Source: Pelagomonas calceolata (taxonomy: Eukaryota). From it: a stretch of DNA of 64,000 nt. The stretch is taken from positions 62,001-126,000 of the forward strand of contig CAKKNE010000002.1 of assembly GCA_918797485.1 (NCBI GenBank), given 5' to 3'. The notes beneath the pieces were generated by a model, which saw only the letters and a list, made by a program, of their open reading frames with translations, was not told the DNA's origin and did no database searches. Of this stretch, positions 39,601-49,711 are shown in pieces. Position numbers and translations under genes: made by a program. The first letter of the stretch is position 1. Each line of letters begins with the position of its first letter.

Positions 39601-42600
39601 GCCGGGTCCCTACGACATGACTGGTATCACCTACTCGGCGGCCGGCGCGCGCCTGTCGTACGTGTTCGCGATGCGCGGCCCGTGCATGGTGTTTGACACG
39701 GCCTGCTCGTCGAGCCTGATCGCCATGCATGCCGCGAGGCGTAGCATGCAACATAACGAGTGCCCACTCGCTCTTACTATTGGGCCGAACGCAATACTGC
39801 ACCCCAGCGCTCACGTGGGCCCGGCGCTGACGGGCATGACGTCGATTCGCGGACGGTGCCACACCTTTGACGCGCGAGCGGACGGCTACCTGCGTGGCGA
39901 AGGCTGTGGGGCGGTGGTGCTCGAGACTGAGCAACGTGGCAACCATGTCTCGTGTCTAGGCTCGTCGGCCCGGCACAACGGACAGAGCGCGACGTTCACG
40001 GCACTAAACGGGCTATCACAGCAGCTGTTGATCAAGGCCGCGCTGAGCGATGCCTCGACCACGATAGGAACCGTGATGGAAGCCCACGGCACCGGAACAG
40101 GCCTCGGTGATCCGATCGAGATCAGTTCAATCTCGGCGATCGTCAAGAAGAGTGGCCACAAGTCCTGCTCCGTCTGCGCCATAAAGGGGAACGTCGGCCA
40201 TACGGAGTCGACCGCCGGCGTGGCGAACGTCATCGAAGTGATCGGGTTGCTGAAGCTAGGAGAGATGGCGCTCAACGTGCAGCTCCGCACGCTTAACCCA
40301 CAAGTCCGGCAAGTGCGCGCCGAGGTACTGCATTCCTCGGTCGATACCAATCCGATGTACAGGGGTAAAACGCAGACGGGCGGCGCGAGTTCCTTTGGGT
40401 GGAGCGGCATCATCGCCCACGGGGTGTTCCGGTACGAGAGATCTGGCACAACCAAGTCGGAGGAACGTACCCTCGCGAGTGCTTCGCTCTATCGGAACAG
40501 TTTGCACCTTGTGCGTCGTTCTGATGACGGGCCCTCGCGGCTGAGGTGGCTTGCGGTTACACCAGAGGTGCGTCAGTCACTGACCAACGATGCGGTCATT
40601 TTCTCGGGCGCTCTTGCACCCGCGACAGTAGCTTTCCTCTCGCATCACGTCGTTGGCGGTAGCATTCTACTTCCAGGCGTCAGTTTCATCGAGATGGCAT
40701 TTGCTGCCAGTCCTGGCCATGCTAGTCTCACAGCAATCGCTTACCTGAGACCGTGCTCGCTTCCAAGTCCCACAGACAGATCCGGTGAACGGTGCGTGCT
40801 GCGATGTATGCAACGCGGCGCCGCGCTTGAGATTGCGAGCCAGAGAATTGGGGCAAAATAGGAACCAGGACCATTTGCGGCAAATTTTGTCGGGACTCTT
40901 GCTAGCCAAAGGACGGTAGATACTACAACGGAGCGTCTTCATTCGTCCCGCACGCATCGCATACCTGCGCCCCAGCCCTACTCTGGCAGCGGCTTGATCA
41001 ATTTGGGTGTGGCAAGGCAGCACCTTGTTGGAAGCGCACGATTCATCAGTATGAGGAGGTCACATTATTCAGGTCATCAGATGACCCGTTGTGGCCACGC
41101 ACGTGCTGCCTGGGACAAAGCTCCGAAACAACCTCGACGGCGCCTCGGAAGATCTTGCAAGGTCCCACTGATGTGCGTGCCTCAAGCGTGGAGCACCAAG
41201 CCGGCCTACCCTCGCTCAGTATGCGATCAGGGTGGTCTAGCCAGCTTCCCTGCGAGCTTCCAGGACTTAGCTCTGGTAACTGCAGGAACGCGTAAGGCCC
41301 CATTGCGAACCACTCAGAGGAAGCAAGCTCGCCCCACAGCTACGTTGCGAAGTGTAAATAAGCGCAAGGTGGCTCGCAGTACCCGGTCGAGCGCCACCTT
41401 GCTGAACGAACTAAAACATATCGCTTCCGAGGTCATCAACAAGGACGTCTCCGTCGACGCGCCCCTTATGGAGGCAGGGCTCGACTCCATTAGTGGTACA
41501 GAACTCTCAAACAAGATAAGCGCTCATCTTAACACAGAGCTTTCCCCGACCCTGCTTTTCGATCACCCGTCGCTGCGGTCCATCGCTGATGCTTTGTCGC
41601 TGACCTCTGGCTCGTCACCAACGCAAGGGCCCGAGCCTGAGTAGGAAGTGCCAGCGCAACTTACTGTGGCGCGAGAGGTCCCGAAAAGAGCGATCTCGCA
41701 GACATCAGGGAACGCCGTACAGAGCATAGCTGGTATTGTCAAAAGCTTGCAGACTACCCTGTTGGGAATTGTAGGAAAGACCGTGGCGGCAGACGCGCCG
41801 CTCCTGTCGGCCGGCCTGGATTCGATCTCCGGGACAGAGTTTACAAACACATTGGCCCAGCAATTCGAGATAGAGCTGCCGCCGACGCTGATGTTCGACT
41901 ATCCAACAATTGACTCGATGGCAGGCTTCATCGCGGAGGCGGTGCCAACAATGACGCTAGTCGAAGCGGTGACGGAGTAAAATGAGCTTATGCTAAAATC
42001 AGACGACGAGGCTCCAAAAGATGTCTGGGATCTGTACTCGGAACTGAAGCATGAAAAGACAGATAAATCGTTCGTGCCAACAGCGGCAAAATCTGCGAGA
42101 CAAGCTGCTGTTTTGTTCAGTTTCACAGGTTCTGGCTCTAAACACCTTATATCGTGCCTCGGTGCTCACCAGCATTTGTGCGTTTGCGAAGACCTCTGTC
42201 TCATGCCATTCAAAACCGTAGTCGAGCGGAACGAGGTCCTATCTTCCAGGAAAGACAACCTCCAAGATGGGTTGGTTGACACCGTTACGACTCTGCGTAA
42301 TTGCAAAATGCCCGATATATGTCACCTCTTTGGTACGGTGGCAAGCACATATCGTGCACTACAAGAATGGTGTGCCCCTCGAATTTTAGTCGACGGAACA
42401 GAAGTCTACTCTGCCGTGCCCCAGTGGTCTTTGACCGAAGTGAACAATGTCTTCCTAGACCCAGACATTGTGCACTTGCTTCGAAATCCAAGAGAGTGCT
42501 TTGGCGAAGCTCAAGTGTCATGTGATATGGTAGAACTCTAGCAACAGTGGGTGAAATTCACGAAATACATGCTGTAACTTGAAGGGACAGACGTCTTGGA

Positions 42601-43768
42601 AATCAGATACGAGGACCTCAAATCGGCAGTCCGTGCGATAACTTCATGCCTTTCAATCCCTGCTTATGATTTGGTTCTGGATGATGCTCAGTATGAAACG
42701 GGAAATATATACGACGGGCCACTCCAAGGTGACACCTGTGCTATTACTTGGCGCCTTGGCTACAGCCTATCACGAGATAACATGAGAAAATATAGTTTTG
42801 TAAATCCAAAAGCAATACAGGGAGTTGTTCTCTGGCGACGCAAAGGTGACCCATCGAAACCAGTCGTGGTATTTCTTAATGGGGTCTCGGGATTGGCGGG
42901 GGGGGGGGAGCTTCAGTCTCAGCTCCCGGACGATGTGCCAATGATTTCAATTCAAGCACCTGACTTGACTACCAACGTTTCCATGAAAAACATCACGGAA
43001 CGCGCCGCCTATTACTTAAGATGTCTTGTTGTTGAATTACATGGTCGCTACCCGTCTATCCTCCTTGTTGGTTATTCTGGTGGTGGCCCGCTGGCATTCG
43101 AAATTGCCCTGCAAGCAAAGACCAGCTCATTGAAATGTAAAATATGCATGGTTGACCCAGCCCCTTATTGTCCTATGAACAATATCGGATAGAGCTATTT
43201 GATGCAACGCGCGCAGAATTACGACCTTTTCTTCGGGTTCCTACTTCGCAAACAGACAAGCTTCAGGCAAGCAGTTTCCCTGAACGATATATCCAGCGTT
43301 GGCCAGCTCGAACAAAATGTACTGTTAGCCGCCCCATCTGAGCATCTTGCTTGCGAGCTTTCAAGCATCGTCGACACTGCAATAAAACAAACTATGGAGA
43401 TTGCGGCTCGCGATCTTTCTCCTGATCGGTAATATCTTGGTCCATGTGCACTCTTGAAAGCTGACCCCGATTATTTCATTGGAGGTGGGATGAGTGAAGA
43501 TGACGTTCACCACCCCGACGGAGTCTACGGATGGAGTCTTCCCCTCAGCTGCCCTGGCATGAAAGCGATACCACTTTCGTGTGACCATCTGAACATTTTC
43601 AAGGATGGCGAGGCCTTGAGCCAAGTGACAGCGACAATCCTATCTTTACTTAATACGGAATCGATCGGTGAACCACGGCCTCAGAATTCTGACCCTGAAC
43701 TACACAGTGCCGAGCAAGTCAACATCTTGCCAAACATCATCACCAAGTACTAGAAGCGGTCTGATTGA
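5806..43768 (+). CDS. Giant AT-less modular type I PKS locus (12 KS, ~23 ACP, DH-like domains, 2x ST-TE); continuous frame only if TAG/TAA are read as sense; otherwise a pseudogene or two genes
   Basis: ATG 5806 is in frame with all downstream ORF fragments once introns are removed. KS triads DTACS/DAACA/DVACA, EAHGTGT and GHLE/GHTE are intact; ACP motif GLDS; DH motif HVVG..ILxPGVGY. About 48 in-frame TAR codons; first in-frame TGA at 43766-43768. Confidence 0.75.
9815..19470 (+). repeat. Tandem array of ~2.95-kb near-identical PKS module (about 3.3 copies)
   Basis: Homologous intron donors at 10297, 13233, 16180 and 19129 (spacing 2936, 2947, 2949); translated ORFs on both strands recur almost verbatim. 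Confidence 0.97.
10297..37434 (+). other. 16 short GT-AG introns at two fixed positions in KS2-5 and KS8-11
   Basis: GDPIE|VGAA introns: 10297-10343, 13233-13279, 16180-16226, 19129-19178, 28615-28665, 31110-31155, 33841-33886, 37154-37202. QLRG|LN introns: 10526-10574, 13462-13510, 16409-16457, 19361-19409, 28842-28906, 31326-31373, 34057-34104, 37385-37434. Splicing restores KS motifs. Confidence 0.93.
21631..43768 (+). other. PKS assembly line B: ACP(GLNS)-KS6-DH*-ACP2-KS7-ACP-KS8-ACP-KS9-ACP2-KS10-DH*-ACP2-KS11-DH*-ACP2-KS12-DH*-ACP2-ST-TE
   Basis: KS at ~22450, 25350, 27720, 30210, 32940, 36250, 39200. ST at 41990-42700. TE at 42830-43650 (GYSGGG; LSCDH). Confidence 0.85.
21903..23910 (+). 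repeat. Duplicate of 5953-7960 (loading ACP-KS region)
   Basis: ORFs 6154..7620 and 22102..23571 are nearly identical, and the upstream sequence gtaaaagccttatagttaattattaatgtgg is shared. Confidence 0.95.
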
Positions 43769-44186
43769 ACATGCTAGGGCCAAGAGCGTAATGATTGAGC
43801 CGAGTCTGATAGGCTCCTTAGCGAGTAAATAAGTATCTCTAATAAATAAACTAAGAATAGACGACGGGGGGCACGGCGGTTCACATCACAGCGCCTGGAC
43901 AAGATTCGACCGTGACTGGCGCGTTCGCAACTCCCGGCGACGCCCCCCCCAGGCGCACCGGTAATTGGCGAATAATAAAATTATGAATATCACTGGCACC
44001 ATGACTCACCAAAGGCTCGGAGCCTGAGCCACCACTAGCACCAGCCACCGTGGCAATACCATGACCGGCACTGTGACTTCACCATTCGGTCAAAGGCCCA
44101 ATCACTCATCATTCCGGCGCCACCCGTTTGTGTATTCATTCCCCTGGCTAACGCGAGGTTTTGGTTTACAAATAGGGAGATCCTAA

Positions 44187-45925
44187 TCAACGCCGCGCCT
44201 TCTTGCTTTTCCCGCCGCGCCGCCCCTGGCCGTGCGTTTGCCGGAGGTCCTCGACGCGCGATCGGAGGTAGGCGAGGCACGCGTCCTTGTCGCCCGCGGG
44301 CTGCGCGAGCTGCCATTCTCGTTGTGCGGCCATGAGCCCGCCGATGAGCGGGCCCTTGGGGACGTCGAGCGCCTCCGCGAGCGCGTTGCCGTCATAGTGC
44401 GGCTGGAGCGTAGCCCAAATACGGTCGAGGTCCAGCGTCGGGCCAGCTAATGCGGTTTCCAGTGCGCCGAAGTCGCGCTCCGCGTTCGCGACGGCCGCGT
44501 CCGCCGGGGAAACCGCGGATGCGTCGGCGAAGTTGGCCGCTTCAAAGGCGACGCTTCGCGCGCGTGCGACGCGCAGTGCACAACGCCAGAGCTCCTGGAC
44601 GTCGAAAAGCACGAGGCCCGCGGCGCGCCGGAGGTCCGCGCCGGTCTCGCCGGCCGCAAGACGTGTTGCAAGCTTTGCGAGCTGTGGTGCCGCGTCCAGG
44701 ACCTGTGTATAAAATAGTAAATACAAATCTAATACGGACGCAGAAAACGTACACGCCGCGCGTCGGTGGCCGTGCGGCCCGGGAGCTTGAGGCCCTCCTT
44801 GCAGACGGCCTGGGGCAGCGGCGTCGGCCGCCGCTTCCTGTCGAGCGCCTCGCAGCCGGGCTCGGCGAGCGGTAGCAGCGCACAAGCGAGCGCAGCTAGC
44901 GTCGCGTCGCGCGTCGGCAGCGGCCCGGCGGCTGTTTGCGCCTCGCCAGCGGCGAGCGCCGCGCAACAGCGTGCAGAGAGGAGCCACGGCCCGCCCGTAT
45001 CGTCGGCATCGGCGGCGTAGACCGTGTCGAGCGGCACCGCACCACCATCGGGCGCGCGCGCGGCGCCGGCCAGCTCCGCGGCGCCGACGCCGCGGAACGT
45101 CGCCGACGCGAGCTGGAGCCGCCGGAGCTCGTCGACGGCGCGTGCGGCGCCAGCCGGTGACGTTGCGAGCGCGCCCCAGACTTCCTTGCCGACGCGCTCG
45201 CGCGAGACCTTGGCGAGGAGCGCCGCGCGGACCTCGGGCAGTAGGCACGCCTCGGCGAAGCCCGGATCAAGCGCGAAGCCGTAGCGCGAGGCAAAGCGCA
45301 CGCCTCGGAGCGCGCGGAGCGGGTCATCAAGCAGCGTCACGCGCGGCTCGAGCGGCGTCCGCAGCAGGCCCGCGCGGAGGTCCTCCCAGCCGCGGCCCGT
45401 AAAGTCCTCGATGCGCCGCGTGTGCACGTTGAAGAAGAGTGCGTTCAGCGTGAAGTCGCGCCGCGCCGCGTCCTCCTGCGGCGTCCCGAACGCCATCGTC
45501 GGGATCCGGCTGTCGCCGGCGTCCGCGTACGACTCGCTCCGCAGGTTGACGAAGTCGACCTCGACGCCGCAGATCCGCATCGTCGCCGTCTCGAGGTGCT
45601 TAGACTGTTCCGGGTTCGCCGCGATGAGCCCGACCGTCGACGACGCGGCGAGCGCCGCGCCGCGGCCGTCGCCACCCTCGAGGCCCTTGGCCAGCGCCTC
45701 GACGACGCGCTCGGCGAAGGTCGCGCCGCTGCAGTTGTCCAGCGCCACGTCCACGTCCTTGGTCACGCGGCCCAGCGCCTTGTCGCGGACCCAGCCGCCG
45801 CAGATGCGCACCGTCGTCTGCTGCGCCGCCGCCGCCGCGACGAGCACCTGGACCAGGTCCTGCTCGTCGGACGTGAGCTCGACCTCGGCCGCGGCGAGGT
45901 CCGCCGCCGTGACCGTCGCCGTCAT
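44187..45925 (-). CDS. CCA1: tRNA nucleotidyltransferase (CCA-adding enzyme), one intron 44703-44752
   Basis: Motifs GGWVRDK..DVDVA, NPEQSKHLETA, VDFVNLRSESY, DAARRDFTLNALF, DDPLRALR. A 50-nt GT-AG intron joins DARR|VLDAAPQ to the C-terminal ...PKGPLIG. Start codon uncertain. Confidence 0.92.
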
Positions 45926-46490
45926 GTCCTTGGTCTTGAGGGCGCCGTCGAAGGCGGTGCTCGTCAGCGCGTGGACGGCGAGCGGACGCCTGAGCACGGT
46001 CGACAGGCCTCTGCACGCACGCAGAAGAATGGTGAAGAGGAGTAGGGACTTCGTCGTGCCCGCGCGCGGCCGCCGCGCGTGGCGGGCCGACGCTTTTTTG
46101 CGGTAGAGGTGATCTCCTCTTTTTTGTGCGGTGTGTTATCACCCTTGCGCTCGTGCGGTTGCGGCGCGCTGTTGTGGCTATTAATTCTGATCAGCGACCG
46201 GCCTGCTGGTCTACCGCCGTAGTCATAGAGGCTATATGGGGCTGGAGCTGCGACATGCAGCAAGCTCAGCCTGCCTCAGCCGGTAGGCTACATGTAGTGG
46301 ACCCTGTTTCTGAGGTCTGCGGCGCGGTTGAACCGCATCCCACAGCGTGCTTTTTCATCTGTACGGGTTTTATCGGCTTTCCTAGCCGCAAGCCGCGTAT
46401 CGGCGCAGCGGTGGCGAAAATAACCGCATTGGTTACTATTTCGACGGCTTCGAGCGGCGCCGATCGCTTTTGATTGCCCAGGCAGCAAAA

Positions 46491-46907
46491 ATGCATACAT
46501 ACCTCACAGCCCTCCTGGTCCTCAGCACCGCTGCGAACGCGCAGAAGATGACGGCCGACATCGTCTCGTGCCCCGGCTGAAAGCTCAATAGCCTGCCGGA
46601 GGTGAAGCGCTTCCTTCGGTCGCCGCTCGGCGCGACGAGCTACGAGGGCGTGACCATCACCTGGATCCGCGGCAGGACGCCCACGCTGACGATAAAGCGC
46701 GACGGCGACGAGCAGGACTCCATCGACCTGAGCCCCTTCAACGAGGAGAAGCTACACGCGCTCTTTGTCTCGAAGGGCCTGGTTCGGAAGCCGATCAACG
46801 GCGACATGGTCGCGCAGAACGAGAAGTTCCTCAAGAGGAATAGCGCCCGGCCGAACTTGCGCCGCGGCGCTCGGCTCGGGCGCCGCGGCGGCCGGCTCGA
46901 GCACTAG
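46491..46907 (+). CDS. Selenoprotein of the SelM/Sep15 (SELENOM/SELENOF) family; UGA-Sec at 46578-46580
   Basis: ATG 46491, signal peptide MHTYLTALLVLSTAANA, then SCPG-U-KLNSLPEVKRFL (CxxU), continuing in frame into ORF 46602..46907 (ITWIRGRTPTL...EKLHALFVSKG). SECIS-like hairpin downstream. Confidence 0.92.
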
Positions 46908-46929
46908 GAGAAGTCGATATGCGAGCCAT

Positions 46930-46988
46930 CCGCGCCCATGACGCGCGGCAGGGACATGTCTAGTTCCTGCCGTGCCGACCTGCGCCGG
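46930..46988 (+). promoter_or_regulatory. SECIS element candidate
   Basis: gcgc-cc-ATGAC-gcgcggcaggga-catgtctag-ttcctgccgtgc-CGAC-ct-gcgc: AUGA/GA non-Watson-Crick core, ~12-bp helix II and helix I, ~25 nt after the stop. Confidence 0.8.
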
Positions 46989-47037
46989 TAGCTTGTGGCG
47001 ACGTGTGTTGTTGTGATATCGCGTCTAGTACCAATAA

Positions 47038-48664
47038 TTACCCAAAACCAAACGAGAACCCACCACTACTGGCACCATCGTCCACACGCGCCCGCTTCGG
47101 CGCAGCGCCAGTCGCAACGAGGTCCGGCGGCTCAGCCGTAAGCCGCCCCCAGAGCGTCGTGGGCCGCGCGAGGTCGGCCTCAGCATCAGCGAGCGCGTCG
47201 GGCCGCCGGCGCCGGAGCGCGGCGACGAGCCGGTCGTGGAGCGCGGCGCCAACGACAGCGCGCTTGGCGACCTCGTCTAGGTCGTCGCACTCATCGACGC
47301 GCTCGTCGCGCACGAGGCCCGAGACGAGATGCGGCGACTGGCGCAGCAGACCGAGCGTGGAACTAAGGCCGCGCGGCGAGCAGAAGTTGTGCGTGACGGC
47401 GACGGTGAAGGCGTCCTGGTTGACGACGCAGTGCCACCAGCCACGCGGTACGAAGACGACGTCGCCCGGCCCGCTGTGCGCCTCGACGAAGTGCGGATGC
47501 GCCTTCGCCTCGGCGTAGAACGCGCGCGTCCACCTGTGCAGAAATCAACCAGTGACGTGGATGCGCATAATCCTATTTATGTCTCAGCTGAAGCGCGAAC
47601 ATTTTGGCTACTCTCTGAATGAAGGAATGAATCCTGGCCGCCGATTGACCGCCAAAAAGACTCAAATTGAGGGCTGTACAAAAAAATGAGTTCCGCACTG
47701 ACATCCACTCGGCAATACTCAGCGGCGCGACGAGATCGAGCCCGTCAGCGGACGGCCGTACACCGGGCGGCGTCGTCCGCGGCGGGAAAAACAGCCACCG
47801 CTTGCGGCCACGTAGCGTCGCGTTCCAGGCCGACGTGCCGTTGGGGTCCTTGTGCCACGCGCTGCCCGACCGCGCGCCGCCGACGATGAGCCAGCGCCAG
47901 TCGGGCCGCCGGCCCTCGAGGAGCCCGAACAGGTCGTCGTCGAAGTACTTTGGGGGCTTGTACGCCGCTGCGAGTTCCGGGGCCGCTTCGGCGAAGCGCT
48001 TGTCGAAGAGGTACAGCGGCGTGTCGTCCGCGTTGTTCTCCGCATATTGGAGAAACTCCGCCAGCCCGAACGCGTAGCCGCCGACGTGGAACACGCGCGC
48101 GCCGAGGCGGTCCTGCAAAACGTCGCGGTCCCAGACATCTTGTGCAGCGGCGTCGGCGGCCGCGCCCTCAATCACAACAGGCACGCCGGCCCGCTCGAAG
48201 TCCTCGACGAAGGCGTCGACGGATAGCTCGGCCGCGCGGCGCCGGGCGCAGGAACCCAAGCCACTCGAAGATAAAGGCGCCGCGTGAACGAGGCGATGCG
48301 AGTGGTAGAGCGCGTCCGAGAAGAGTCGCTTCGCCACGTTGGCGCGCGGCGCGCCGACCACCGACTGCTTCCAGCTACCACCGCGGTAGGTGATCGCGCC
48401 ATCGTCGCCCGCACGCCGCAGCGCGACGCCACGCCACAGGTCCTCCGTCGACGCGAAGCACCGCAGCGCTCCCGACGCGATGGCCAGCGCGCACAACGCC
48501 GCGCCGTCGGCGTACCCGAGCGCGTGCAGCACCGTCGCGTCGTCGACCGTGCCTAATTGGCCGAGGCCGCGGCGTGATGTCGCGATGCTCAGGTTCCGCG
48601 CGAAGGCGCTGCCGGCGGGCTCGACGCCGTAGGGATGGGGCGGGATGGTTGTTTGTGGCTCCAT
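47038..48664 (-). CDS. F-box-like/JmjC-domain protein (JMJD6-like), intron 47534-47708
   Basis: PLYLFDK, RPDWRWLIVG..RSGSAWHKDPNGTSAWN..G.KRW. After splicing: EWTRAFY...PGDVVFVPRGWWHCVVN...THNF, ending GFSFGFG-TAA. Confidence 0.9.
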
Positions 48665-49011
48665 TGCTCTGTGTGCTGCTGCAGCGTAGACCGTTTCAGG
48701 CTTGGTCTCCGCTCTCCGGTAGGCCTCGTCAGGTATTGATCAGTTTAGAGCACTGCTCGCAATTCTCGCACGGGACTGGAGGCAGTAGAGGCTGAGCTGA
48801 GAGCGATGCAATTTGCTCTCTGCTGAAAGCAAAGAGGCACACCGATCGAACGACGGAGTGCGCGCGCTGCACCTGACTCCTTGAAGCAGCAGCCGACGCG
48901 AGGCACGCGTAACGGCAGCCTGCACCGCTGCAGCTATTTATTGGAGGAGGAGGCACCCACTGCAGCAGAGCAGCAAGCGCACGAAGCGTGCAACAGAAAC
49001 TGAGACGAAGA

Positions 49012-49695
49012 ATGTCGTCGCTGCGCAACGCCGTCAAGCGCTCGACGCACAAGGAGCGCGCCCAGCCGGCCGCTAGGAAGCACCTCGGCCTCCTCGAGAA
49101 GCACTCGGACTACAAGAAGCGCGCGGATGACTACAAGAAGAAGACGGCGCGGCTCAAGACGCTCACGCGCAAAGCGGCCGAGCGGAACCAGGACGAGTTC
49201 TACTTCGCGATGACGAAGACGGTCGCGGGCGAGCGGCGCGGGCCCGCGGGCTCGGCTTCCACCCACGCGGCGACGGCCAAGCTCAAGGCCGAGGACCTGC
49301 GCTACGTGCACATGCGCAAGGTCGTCGACGACCGCCGCGTCGACAAGCTCCGCGCGGGTCTCCACCGCACGGAGACGGCCGCGGAGACGGCGGAGCACAC
49401 GTACTTCGACGACGGCGGCGCCGCGCGCGGCGCCAGGTCCGCGCGGCGGCGCGTCCGCGATGCCGCGCGGCCGCGGCGGCCGGACAAGGCCGCGCGCGTC
49501 GCCGGCAAGCGCGTCCGCCGCGCCTACGCGTCGCTCGACTCGGCGCTCGACGACCAGCGCGCCTCGACGGACCTGATCCAGCGCCTCGAGGCCGAGAAGC
49601 ACGTCCTCCGCGCCAAGGGCCGCAAGCGCAAGGTCGCGGGCGCGGCGCATGGCCGCGCGGCCGTCTTCAAATGGAAGAAGTGTAGACAAAAGTAA
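49012..49695 (+). CDS. UTP11: U3 snoRNA-associated protein 11
   Basis: [49 protein letters not shown]-terminus [12 protein letters not shown]. Confidence 0.93.
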   Translation: MSSLRNAVKRSTHKERAQPAARKHLGLLEKHSDYKKRADDYKKKTARLKTLTRKAAERNQDEFYFAMTKTVAGERRGPAGSASTHAATAKLKAEDLRYVHMRKVVDDRRVDKLRAGLHRTETAAETAEHTYFDDGGAARGARSARRRVRDAARPRRPDKAARVAGKRVRRAYASLDSALDDQRASTDLIQRLEAEKHVLRAKGRKRKVAGAAHGRAAVFKWKKCRQK

Positions 49696-49711
49696 GAACA
49701 ATATGCTGTGT

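Noticed and set aside
5806..43768. Treating each ORF-track fragment as a separate small PKS gene
   Set aside because: Breaks fall inside KS, ACP, ST and TE domains, fragments stay in one frame, and there is no intergenic space.
5806..43768. A-to-I editing of UAG to UGG (Trp) as the rescue mechanism
   Set aside because: The paralogous positions I could align hold Gln, Glu, Lys, Arg and similar residues, not Trp, and many stops are TAA.
43990..44115. Possible C/D snoRNA on the minus strand (ATGATGA at 44106-44112)
   Set aside because: No matching box D (CTGA) at a plausible distance.
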